A stretch of 64,000 bases of DNA from Bacteroidales bacterium. GTDB lineage: Bacteria; Bacteroidota; Bacteroidia; Bacteroidales; P3. Positions 52,432 through 60,540 of this stretch are shown here, one piece after another (within the stretch, counting starts at the first letter, position 1; each line of letters starts with the position of its first letter). The DNA is taken from positions 7,979-71,978 of the forward strand of contig JAFRTM010000006.1 of NCBI GenBank assembly GCA_017439185.1, in the 5' to 3' direction. Position numbers and translations under genes: made by a program. The notes beneath the pieces are model-generated. The model had not been told where the DNA came from. It saw only the letters and a list, made by a program, of their open reading frames with translations, and ran no database searches.

Positions 52432-52480
52432 CAGTCGCTATATAATATATAATGTATAACGCAAAATATTGTAAGACACT

Positions 52481-53386
52481 ATGAAACGGATTGGAACGAC
52501 GATTGCTCTCGTGGTGCTGGCGGCAAGTGTGGCCCACGGACAGATATTGTACAAGATTAGCGGCAAGGGGCTGAAAGAGGCCTCCTATATCATCGGAACC
52601 TACCATCTGGCTCCTGCCAGCTATGCCGACAGTGTGCCTGGACTTCGCCAGGCGATGGCTGACTGCCGTCAGGTTTACGGCGAAGTGGACATTATGGACG
52701 CCATAAAGCCGGAGAACAAGGCCAAGGTGGAGGCGATGCAATACCTGCCCGAAGGCAAGACCCTCGCCTCGGTGCTGACGTCGGAGCAGCTGGGCAAACT
52801 CAACGGACTCCTCCGCGAGGTGGTCGGCAAGGACCTCAACAACGAGGCCGTCGCAGCCCAGATGGGGCGGCTGACGCCGGCAGCCCTGTCTTCCTCCCTG
52901 ACCCTGATTGCCTATATGAAAGAGACTCCCAACCTGGACCCCACCAAACTGTTGGACGGATACTTCCAGCAGGAGGCACTCGCCCAAGGCAAGAAGGTGG
53001 GCGGTTTCGAGACTCTTGAATTCCAGATGGACGTGCTCTACGGCGCTCCACTCGAGGACCAGATAAAGGCTCTTATGTGCCTGGTGGAGAACTTCCAAGA
53101 GACGGTGGACATGTCGGAACTGGTGGCTGCCGCCTATTTCGGACAAAGCCTCGAGGACCTCGAAGACCTGACCGCCGAAGAGAGCGACGGAGCCTGTGGC
53201 TCTTCGCCCGAAGAGGAGGACAAGCTGATATACAACCGCAACGCCAACTGGGCCAAAGCCATGCCCAAGATTATGGCTGCCGACCCCACCCTGTTTGCCG
53301 TGGGCGCCGCCCACCTCTGTGGCGAGAAGGGGGTGCTGGCTCTCCTGAAAGAACAGGGCTACACCGTGGAACCGGTGAAGAAATGA
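52481..53386 (+). CDS. TraB/GumN family protein (secreted)
   Basis: 301 aa with a signal peptide. LYKISGKGLKEASYIIGTYHLAP is typical of the GumN/TraB family. Confidence 0.75.
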   Translation: MKRIGTTIALVVLAASVAHGQILYKISGKGLKEASYIIGTYHLAPASYADSVPGLRQAMADCRQVYGEVDIMDAIKPENKAKVEAMQYLPEGKTLASVLTSEQLGKLNGLLREVVGKDLNNEAVAAQMGRLTPAALSSSLTLIAYMKETPNLDPTKLLDGYFQQEALAQGKKVGGFETLEFQMDVLYGAPLEDQIKALMCLVENFQETVDMSELVAAAYFGQSLEDLEDLTAEESDGACGSSPEEEDKLIYNRNANWAKAMPKIMAADPTLFAVGAAHLCGEKGVLALLKEQGYTVEPVKK

Positions 53387-53427
53387 GACAAAGGACAGAA
53401 TATAATAATCAATAAAGAATATAGACT

Positions 53428-55428
53428 ATGACACTCGAAGAATTCCAGAACGAATTGCGCCTCGGAATCCCCGACCCGCTACCCGAACCGCAGCCGTACG
53501 ACAAGACCGTAAACCACGCACCCAAACGCAAGGACATACTGACCCCTGCCGAGAAGAAGCTGGCTATACGCAACGCCCTGCGCTACTTCCCGGCCAAATA
53601 CCACAAGATGCTGGCTCCCGAATTTGCCGAAGAACTGAAGAAATACGGCCGCATATATATGTACCGCCTGAGGCCCACTTATCCTATGTATGCCCGTCCG
53701 ATAGACGCCTACCCAGCCAAGTGCCGTCAGGCGGCAGCCATCATGTTGATGATTCAGAACAACCTCGACCCCGCTGTTGCCCAACACCCACACGAACTGA
53801 TAACCTACGGCGGCAACGGTGCCGTGTTCCAGAACTGGGCCCAATACCGCCTCGTGATGAAATACCTCTCCGAGATGACCGAAGAACAAACCCTGGCGAT
53901 GTACAGCGGTCATCCGATGGGGCTGTTCCCGTCGCACAAAGACGCTCCCCGTGTGGTGGTCACCAACGGTATGATGATTCCCAACTATAGCAAACCCGAC
54001 GACTGGGAACGCTATAACGCACTTGGCGTTACACAGTATGGCCAGATGACTGCTGGCTCCTATATGTACATAGGACCTCAAGGCATTGTGCACGGAACAA
54101 CCATCACCGTTCTCAACGCTGCAAGGAAACTTGGCGGCGGCACAGCTGGCAAGCTCTTCATCACAGCAGGACTGGGTGGCATGAGCGGTGCGCAGCCCAA
54201 GGCTGGTGACATCGCCGGCGTGGTATCCATCACCGCCGAAATCAATCCGGCTGCGACACAGAAACGCTTCACCCAGGGCTGGGTTGACGAGGTACACGAG
54301 AACCTCGACGAGCTCTTCGTGGCCGTAAACAAAGCCCGCAAAGAGAAAATCGCCCGCTCCTTCGCCTACCAAGGCAACGTGGTGGACCTGTGGGAATACT
54401 GCGCCGAGAAAGGAATCCAGGTTGACCTCGGCAGCGACCAAACCTCTCTCCACAACCCGTGGGCTGGCGGCTACTATCCTGTCGGAGTCTCGTTCGAGGA
54501 TTCCAAGACTATGATGGCTGAACAGCCTGAGTTGTTCAAAGAAAAAGTCCAAGAAAGCCTGCGCCGCCACGTGGCTGCAGTCAACAAGCTTACCGCCAAA
54601 GGCATGTATTTCTTCGACTATGGCAACGCCTTCCTGCTGGAGAGCAGCCGCGCCGGTGCCGACATCTGGAACGACGACCACACCGCTTTCCGCTATCCCT
54701 CATACGTGCAGGACATCATGGGACCCATGTGCTTCGACTACGGCTTCGGCCCCTTCCGTTGGGTCTGCACTTCAGGCAAGCCTGAGGACCTGGACAAGAG
54801 CGACCACATCGCCATGGACGTCCTCGCCGAGATAGCAGCCACGGCTCCCGCCGAGATCCAGCAGCAGATGCACGACAACATACAGTGGATTAAAGGTGCA
54901 AAGGAGAACCACCTCGTCGTAGGCTCCCAGGCCCGCATCCTCTACGCCGACTGCGAAGGCCGCACCAAGATTGCCGCACGCTTCAACGAGGCAATCCGTA
55001 AAGGCGAGATATCCGCTCCCATAGTGCTCGGCCGCGACCATCACGACGTCTCGGGTACCGACAGCCCATTCCGCGAGACCTCCAACATCTACGACGGTTC
55101 CAACCGCTGCGCCGACATGGCTGTACAGAACGTCATCGGCGACAGTTTCCGCGGCGCCACATGGGTTTCCATCCACAATGGTGGCGGCGTTGGCTGGGGC
55201 GAGGTGATGAACGGTGGCTTCGGCATGGTGCTCGACGGTTCTGCCGACTGCGACCGCCGTCTCCGTATGATGCTCCACTGGGACGTGAACAACGGCATCA
55301 GCCGCCGCAGCTGGGCCCGCAACGACGGTGCCATGTTTGCCATCAAGAGAGCCATGGACATCTGTCCCGAACTGAAGGTGACGATGCCTAATCTCGTGGA
55401 AGACTCAGTATTGGAAGGTCTTTTCTAA
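53428..55428 (+). CDS. hutU: Urocanate hydratase
   Basis: 666 aa. Long-form urocanase as in Bacteroidota, with conserved stretches ITYGGNGAVFQNW, GLGGMSGAQPKA and VSIHNGGGVGWG. Confidence 0.9.
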   Translation: MTLEEFQNELRLGIPDPLPEPQPYDKTVNHAPKRKDILTPAEKKLAIRNALRYFPAKYHKMLAPEFAEELKKYGRIYMYRLRPTYPMYARPIDAYPAKCRQAAAIMLMIQNNLDPAVAQHPHELITYGGNGAVFQNWAQYRLVMKYLSEMTEEQTLAMYSGHPMGLFPSHKDAPRVVVTNGMMIPNYSKPDDWERYNALGVTQYGQMTAGSYMYIGPQGIVHGTTITVLNAARKLGGGTAGKLFITAGLGGMSGAQPKAGDIAGVVSITAEINPAATQKRFTQGWVDEVHENLDELFVAVNKARKEKIARSFAYQGNVVDLWEYCAEKGIQVDLGSDQTSLHNPWAGGYYPVGVSFEDSKTMMAEQPELFKEKVQESLRRHVAAVNKLTAKGMYFFDYGNAFLLESSRAGADIWNDDHTAFRYPSYVQDIMGPMCFDYGFGPFRWVCTSGKPEDLDKSDHIAMDVLAEIAATAPAEIQQQMHDNIQWIKGAKENHLVVGSQARILYADCEGRTKIAARFNEAIRKGEISAPIVLGRDHHDVSGTDSPFRETSNIYDGSNRCADMAVQNVIGDSFRGATWVSIHNGGGVGWGEVMNGGFGMVLDGSADCDRRLRMMLHWDVNNGISRRSWARNDGAMFAIKRAMDICPELKVTMPNLVEDSVLEGLF

Positions 55429-55434
55429 CATATC

Positions 55435-55474
55435 AAGGCAGGCGGCCAGTGATGGCTTCCTGCCTTCTATTTTC
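55435..55474 (+). terminator. Intrinsic terminator after hutU
   Basis: 8-bp stem AAGGCAGG / CCTGCCTT followed by CTATTTTC. Confidence 0.65.
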
Positions 55475-55491
55475 AAAATAAAGCAATCATT

Positions 55492-56193
55492 ATGAAGACA
55501 AGAATTCTTACATCCTTACTGGCCATCGCCTGCATCGCGGCGTTGGTGTCGTGCAAACACAAGATGAAACCGGACACGCCGCTTGAGTGTAACGTTAACG
55601 CTGCCGAAGTCCTCGGTGGCGAGTATTCCGCTGCCGACCTCCGGTTCTTCGAGGTGATAAACGAAAACTCCGAAGAAGGAATAAAATATCAGGCATGGTT
55701 CAACTCTTTGCCCGACAAGCCCGAAGGGATGAACCGTCTTGCCGTCCCGGCTTCAGACACCGCGACATTCTCGCCACAGATAAGAGAGCTCTGCCTGCAG
55801 CTGTGCAACGATGCCAACGAATACGACTTTGCCTGGCAACCCTCCGTTTATTGGGATGACACCATCTACGAACTCCTCATATACAACCGCACGCCGTTGC
55901 AGGTCAGTGGCAATGATGTAGTAGAGGCTTCTGCTGTGAAATCGGCATATAACGGTGAGCCCGTGCTGAATTTCACCTTCAGCGAAAAAGCGATACCGGT
56001 ATGGAAACAACTTACCGACGAACAGATTGGCAACCGCATAGCCATTATGCTCGGCAAATGTGTTCTCTCCTCGCCGATGATTTTAAGCGTTATAGAAAAT
56101 GGCCAGTGCAGCGTATCGGGTCTTTCCGAGGAGAGGACCTGCGCTCTTGCGAAGGTTCTCAACAGGAACGCACCGGCTCAGCCTGAAAAGTAA
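55492..56193 (+). CDS. Hypothetical lipoprotein with a SecD/SecF P1-head-like C-terminal region
   Basis: 233 aa with lipobox AALVSC. GEPVLNFTFSEKAIPVWKQLTDEQIGNRIAIMLGKCVLSSPMILSVIENGQCSVSGLSEE resembles the SecD periplasmic head motif (..laIvLD..viSaP.i...I.gG...IsG). Confidence 0.55.
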   Translation: MKTRILTSLLAIACIAALVSCKHKMKPDTPLECNVNAAEVLGGEYSAADLRFFEVINENSEEGIKYQAWFNSLPDKPEGMNRLAVPASDTATFSPQIRELCLQLCNDANEYDFAWQPSVYWDDTIYELLIYNRTPLQVSGNDVVEASAVKSAYNGEPVLNFTFSEKAIPVWKQLTDEQIGNRIAIMLGKCVLSSPMILSVIENGQCSVSGLSEERTCALAKVLNRNAPAQPEK

Positions 56194-56209
56194 ACTCTTC
56201 TATAGTTGG

Positions 56210-56270
56210 TCCATAGTTCCTCCATGGTTGAGCAATGGTTGATTCGTGTTTGATTCGTGTTTGATTCGAC
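56210..56270. repeat. 11-nt phased tandem array (about 5.5 units)
   Basis: The units read TCCATAGTTCC TCCATGGTTGA GCAATGGTTGA TTCGTGTTTGA TTCGTGTTTGA TTCGAC. The last units are the reverse complement of the repeat at 9813-9850. Confidence 0.8.
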
Positions 56271-56368
56271 TGAAAATTGTCAGTCATTTTATGCCATTCA
56301 CTATGGTTAGTGAGTGGGGTTGCTATAAATAGCCAATTATTGTTAGTTGCCGTTATATTTTATGGTAG

Positions 56369-56376
56369 TATTTTTG
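56369..56376 (+). promoter_or_regulatory. -7 promoter box (TATTTTTG) for an ORF-less transcript
   Basis: Matches TAnnTTTG, with no coding potential downstream before the terminator at 56461. Confidence 0.45.
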
Positions 56377-56382
56377 CAATCA

Positions 56383-56497
56383 GAAACCGGGACAAAGTGA
56401 TACGACGTAAGTTTTTGCCCGTCAAGCTTTTACGTTTTGGTTTTGTGGATTAATAACGGGAAGCGGCAATTCATTGGATTGGGTTGCCGCTTTTTTA
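56383..56497 (+). ncRNA. Candidate small RNA (~115 nt) bounded by a promoter box and an intrinsic terminator
   Basis: No ORF is present. The internal pairing CGGGACAAA / TTTTTGCCCG is possible. The terminator stem AAGCGGCAA (56461-56469) / TTGCCGCTT (56484-56492) is followed by TTTTTTATT. Confidence 0.45.
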
Positions 56498-56525
56498 TTA
56501 TATGTTTCTGTACATTATATATAAA

Positions 56526-56555
56526 GTAGAGGCCTCCCAAAGGGGAAGCCTCTAC
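56526..56555 (-). terminator. Hairpin downstream of the rubrerythrin gene
   Basis: GTAGAGGCCTCCC-AAA-GGGGAAGCCTCTAC lies 21 nt after the stop at 56576. Only a weak U-tract follows (TTTATATAT on the minus strand). Confidence 0.5.
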
Positions 56556-56575
56556 GAATATAAGCGTATAATTTC

Positions 56576-57118
56576 TTATTTCTTGAAATAGCGCTCGTAG
56601 AGACCCTGCAAGGCTTTGCCGTGACGAGCCTCGTCGCGAGCCATTTCGTGGACGGTGTCGTGGATAGCGTCGAGGTTGAGGGCCTTGGCACGCTTGGCCA
56701 GGTCGGTCTTGCCGGCGGTGGCACCGTACTCGGCATCGATACGCATCTTCAGGTTCTCGGCTGTGCTGTCGGTGAGTACTTCGCCCAGGAGCTCTGCGAA
56801 TTTGGCTGCATGCTCAGCCTCTTCAAAAGCAGCTTTCTCCCAGTAGAGACCTACCTCAGGGTAACCCTCGCGGTGAGCCACACGGGCCATAGCCAGGTAC
56901 ATTCCAACCTCTTTGCACTCGCCTTCAAAGTTGGCACGGAGGTCCATCATGATATCTTCGGGAGCTCCCTTGGCAACGCCTACTATGTGTTCGGCAGCCC
57001 AGGTCTTGGTCTCTTCTTTTACTTCCTGCATCGGTTTGCCGCAGATGGGGCATTTCTCGGGCATCTCGTCGCCTTCATAGACATAACCGCAAACGGGGCA
57101 TATAAATTTCTTGCTCAT
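56576..57118 (-). CDS. rbr: Reverse rubrerythrin (N-terminal rubredoxin-like domain plus C-terminal ferritin-like diiron domain)
   Basis: 180 aa. [10 protein letters not shown]...CPICG is at the N-terminus. The diiron motifs are [19 protein letters not shown] and ARDEARHG. Confidence 0.85.
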   Translation of the reverse strand: MSKKFICPVCGYVYEGDEMPEKCPICGKPMQEVKEETKTWAAEHIVGVAKGAPEDIMMDLRANFEGECKEVGMYLAMARVAHREGYPEVGLYWEKAAFEEAEHAAKFAELLGEVLTDSTAENLKMRIDAEYGATAGKTDLAKRAKALNLDAIHDTVHEMARDEARHGKALQGLYERYFKK

Positions 57119-57158
57119 AGTATTATTTGTTTTTATGGATTAATAACATGTTTCATTT

Positions 57159-57674
57159 TTAGTCGAGGACAAGGCTCGGTGCGCTGTAGGTGCGGCCAGC
57201 CAGCTCCTGGTTGAGGAGGTAGAGTCCGCGTGCGTCGCCGCCGAAGAGTTCCATCTTGGAGATCATGTCGCGTGCGTTGGTCTCCTCTTCGCCCTGCTCT
57301 TTCACAAACCAGTCGAGGAACTGCATGGTGCGGAAGTCCTTCACCTTGCTGGCTGCGTCGTAGATGGTGTGGATGCTGGCGGTCACATATTCTTCATGTT
57401 CGAGGCCGGCTTTCAGGACGTCCATATCTTTCTTGAACTTCTTGTCGGGCTTGGCGATTGCACCGAGGGTGATGGGGCAGTCGTTGTTCTGCAGGTACTT
57501 GTAGATAAGCATGGCGTGGTCACGCTCTTCCTGGGCCTGGATCATGTACCAGTTGGCGAAGCCGCTGAGTCCGCGCTTGTCGAAATAATTGTTCATGTCC
57601 AGATAAAGATAACCCGAATAGAGTTCTTTGTTAATCTGCTCGTTGAGCAGGTCTGCTACTTTCTTGTTCAGCAT
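57159..57674 (-). CDS. Ferritin (non-heme, FtnA-like)
   Basis: 171 aa with LLNEQINKELYSGYLYL and QAQEERDHAMLIYKYL. Confidence 0.85.
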   Translation of the reverse strand: MLNKKVADLLNEQINKELYSGYLYLDMNNYFDKRGLSGFANWYMIQAQEERDHAMLIYKYLQNNDCPITLGAIAKPDKKFKKDMDVLKAGLEHEEYVTASIHTIYDAASKVKDFRTMQFLDWFVKEQGEEETNARDMISKMELFGGDARGLYLLNQELAGRTYSAPSLVLD

Positions 57675-57704
57675 GGCATTGAATTTTTTATTGTTACACT
57701 TTAT

Positions 57705-58307
57705 TTATTGTACTTTCTCGAAATCGGCTTTGCCGTGTTTGCAGATGGGGCAGATGAAGTCATCGGGGACCTCGTCGCCCTCATAGACGTAACCGCATAT
57801 CTTGCACACCCATTTACCCTTAGGGGCAGCCGGCTTGGGCTTCACGTTGGCGTGGTAATAGGCGTAGGTCATCGACGGGATGTCGGAAAAGGCTTTCCCT
57901 TCGGTCATCTCGGCGATGAAGAGCGTGTGGCTCTTCAGGTCCACGGCATGGCGTAGCTCGCAGCCGATGTAGGCGTTGATATACTTCGGCAGGTAGAGCA
58001 GCCCGTTGTCGCCTCGCATCTCCACCTCGCAGTTCTCGAACTTGTTGACATTTCTGCCGCTCTGGAATCCAAAATGCTGGAACACCTTGAACGGAGCCTC
58101 CTCCGTGAGCATGTTCAGGTTGAAACGTCCTGTACGCAGTATCATGTCGTGTGTGAGGTTGGCCTTGTTGACCGACAACATTATCCTTACCGGATTGTCG
58201 GCCACCTGGGCCACGGCGTTCACTATGCAGCCGTTGTCCTTGTCGCCTTCGCGTGCTGTGAGCACGTAGAGTCCGTAACCAATCTTGAAGAGTGCCGTAT
58301 TGTCCAT
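57705..58307 (-). CDS. Flavin reductase-like domain fused to a C-terminal rubredoxin (high-molecular-weight rubredoxin type)
   Basis: 200 aa. The N-terminus [26 protein letters not shown] is flavin reductase-like. The C-terminus is [13 protein letters not shown]...CPICKHG. Confidence 0.8.
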   Translation of the reverse strand: MDNTALFKIGYGLYVLTAREGDKDNGCIVNAVAQVADNPVRIMLSVNKANLTHDMILRTGRFNLNMLTEEAPFKVFQHFGFQSGRNVNKFENCEVEMRGDNGLLYLPKYINAYIGCELRHAVDLKSHTLFIAEMTEGKAFSDIPSMTYAYYHANVKPKPAAPKGKWVCKICGYVYEGDEVPDDFICPICKHGKADFEKVQ

Positions 58308-58330
58308 TTTTTATCCTAAATAAGGAACTG

Positions 58331-58338
58331 CAAAGATA
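58331..58338 (-). promoter_or_regulatory. -7 promoter box (TATCTTTG) for the redox gene string
   Basis: The plus strand reads CAAAGATA, about 25 nt upstream of ATG 58307. The same 13-mer GCAAAGATACGAA occurs at the glnA promoter. Confidence 0.5.
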
Positions 58339-58378
58339 CGAAGTTTTTTTATATTTATCTCTAATCGTGCAACTTTTT

Positions 58379-59674
58379 TTAGATTCCTTTACGCAAATCA
58401 ATGAATTTCACCGGCTTGCGACTCTTCGGAGGATATAGTATCTTCTGCAATTCGGCGGAGGAAAGTATCTCTATGCGAGGAGCCACCCTTATGCGCGAAC
58501 GGAAACTGTCTTTCAGCTGTTTTATCACATCGGAATCAGTCTCGTTTTTGAGACTTATCTTCACCAACACATCATCGGTACCGGCGTCATTCGTCGACAC
58601 TTCTATCACGTAATTCTCTATGTATTCACTGTTGTCGAGCACGTCGTTGATGGCTGGAGGATAGAGCGTGGTCCCCTTCAGCTTTATCATGTTGTTCTTC
58701 CTGCCGATGAGCGGCGAGAGCCTATACGACCAGCGGCCGCAGCGGCACTGCTCCACATGCTTACAGGCTATGTCGCCCGTCCTGAACCTCAGCAGCGGCA
58801 TAGCCTCCACTCCCAGCGTGGTGACCACCACCTCACCGGCCTCTCCGTCGGCCACGGGCTTGTTGTCTTCGCCGATTATCTCCACGATTATCAGCTCGGG
58901 ATGCACGTGACCGCCCATGCCGTACTCGCACTCCGAGAAGGTGGCGCCCATCTCGGTGGAGGAATAGGTGGCGAACAGCTGCACGTCCCATTTCTCCTTG
59001 ATCCTGCGCCCCAGCAGGTTGAGTTCGAAGTCCTGACCCCTCAGGCCCTCTCCGATGCCTATGATGCGGCGCACGCTGCTGTTGCGATAGTCGATGCCGT
59101 GTTCCTCGGCATATTCTATGAGCTTCAGTATGAACGACGGCACACACATTATGGTGTCGGGCTGCAGGCGTTTGATGGTGTCCCACTGCAGCTCGGGAAT
59201 TCCGTTGCCGACCCTTATCACCGAAGCCCCCATCTCGCGCAGTCCTAGGAAATAGGCCAGCCCGGCCATGAAGCGCTTGTCCAGCGTGGTCATCAGCTGC
59301 ACTATGTTGCCCGGCTTGAGACCGGCACACTCGAAGCTCTTCTTCTCGTTGAAGGCCAGCCGTTGCAGGTCTTTCTCGGTGCAGCCGAAGGTCACCGGGT
59401 CGCCCAGCGTGCCCGACGTGGTGATGTAGTCCACTATCTTCTCCTTCGGGCAGCAGCGGAAGTCGTCGTTATACAGCTGCAGGTCTTTCTTCTCCGTGAA
59501 CGGCAGCTTCTCCAGGTCTTCGAGGCGCTTTATCTGGGAGATGTCGATGTTGCGCTCGGCAAACACCCGCCGGTAGTAGGGCGAGTGGTCGGCGAGATAC
59601 TGCAAAGCCTCGTGCAGACGCTCCTCCTGGTATCGTTTTATCGTTTCTGGACTCTGAAATTCTATATCGTTCAT
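58379..59674 (-). CDS. Phenylacetate-CoA ligase / coenzyme F390 synthetase-like adenylate-forming enzyme
   Basis: I prefer ATG 59674 (MNDIEFQ...), which avoids overlap with the upstream gene. The AMP-binding motif is YITTSGTLGDPVTF. Confidence 0.8.
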   Translation of the reverse strand: MNDIEFQSPETIKRYQEERLHEALQYLADHSPYYRRVFAERNIDISQIKRLEDLEKLPFTEKKDLQLYNDDFRCCPKEKIVDYITTSGTLGDPVTFGCTEKDLQRLAFNEKKSFECAGLKPGNIVQLMTTLDKRFMAGLAYFLGLREMGASVIRVGNGIPELQWDTIKRLQPDTIMCVPSFILKLIEYAEEHGIDYRNSSVRRIIGIGEGLRGQDFELNLLGRRIKEKWDVQLFATYSSTEMGATFSECEYGMGGHVHPELIIVEIIGEDNKPVADGEAGEVVVTTLGVEAMPLLRFRTGDIACKHVEQCRCGRWSYRLSPLIGRKNNMIKLKGTTLYPPAINDVLDNSEYIENYVIEVSTNDAGTDDVLVKISLKNETDSDVIKQLKDSFRSRIRVAPRIEILSSAELQKILYPPKSRKPVKFIDLRKGI

Positions 59675-59685
59675 CGTAGTGTTGT

Positions 59686-60540
59686 TTATCTCATTCCTAT
59701 TTCTTTCAGCCACCTTAGGAACTCACCCCTCCACTGGCGCGACTCCTCCGTTCCCCGTTTGTCGCTGGCGCCGAAGCCGTGGCCTCCGGTCTTGTATTGT
59801 ATATAGCGGTGCCTCACTCCCTGTGCCGTCAGTGCCGAGTCGAGCAGCTCGCTGTTGTGGTAGTCCACTATCGGGTCATCGACACAGTTCACCAGGAACA
59901 CCGGCGGACAATCCTTCGGCACATGGCGTTCCAGCGACAGCGAGTCCCTCATCTTCTCGTCTTTCTTGCGGTATTCGCCCAATGCTCCCCTGCGGGAACG
60001 TGTGTGGGTGCAGTCTGCCGCCATGCTCACCACCGGATACATCGGAGCCACGAAGGCGGGCCGCTCCAACCCTCGGATGCACACCTGGCTCATCACCAGA
60101 TGTCCGCCGGCCGAGAAGCCTATCATCCCTATCTTTGCCGTGTCTATGCCGTATTCCCCACTGTGCTCCTTCACCCACAGCAGCGCCATCTGCGCGTCGT
60201 TGTACATGTCGGGATACTGATGGCCGCGGAACACCAGCCTGTAGTGCGTAAACCACGCCCACCAGCCGGCCACCCTGTATTTCAGCACGAAGGCGCTGAT
60301 GCCGTTCTTCTGCAGCCATTCGGCCACCTCCTTGCCTTCGCTCTTGTAGGCGAGCCAGCAGTAGCTGCCTCCCGGACACACTATCACCGCCGTCTTCGAG
60401 CCTTCGGCTATATAGGGTGCCACCGTCACCTTGCGCGCTTCCACTCCCGAGCCTTTGGGCCATATACGGTAACGCGACTGGGCCGTGGCAGCCAGCGACG
60501 CCACCGTCAAAAGCACCATTATGATCGCTGTCTTCTTCAT
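59686..60540 (-). CDS. Secreted alpha/beta hydrolase (esterase/lipase-like)
   Basis: The track ORF 59686..61200 is trimmed to ATG 60540 (MKKTAIIMVLLTVASLAATAQ). The nucleophile elbow is GFSAGGH. An ATGA overlap links it to the upstream gene's stop. Confidence 0.8.
   Translation of the reverse strand: MKKTAIIMVLLTVASLAATAQSRYRIWPKGSGVEARKVTVAPYIAEGSKTAVIVCPGGSYCWLAYKSEGKEVAEWLQKNGISAFVLKYRVAGWWAWFTHYRLVFRGHQYPDMYNDAQMALLWVKEHSGEYGIDTAKIGMIGFSAGGHLVMSQVCIRGLERPAFVAPMYPVVSMAADCTHTRSRRGALGEYRKKDEKMRDSLSLERHVPKDCPPVFLVNCVDDPIVDYHNSELLDSALTAQGVRHRYIQYKTGGHGFGASDKRGTEESRQWRGEFLRWLKEIGMR

Noticed and set aside
47326-52480. A diversity-generating retroelement targeting the lectin-like C-termini.
   Set aside because: DGR targets are often C-type-lectin-fold proteins with C-terminal variable regions, so I looked for one. 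I found no reverse transcriptase ORF. I also found no template repeat matching any of the three C-terminal regions anywhere in the window. The C-terminal differences include large indels rather than adenine-specific substitutions.
52310-53314. 334-aa minus-strand ORF overlapping the TraB/GumN gene.
   Set aside because: It is an antisense shadow. The plus-strand frame has a signal peptide and family-typical motifs.
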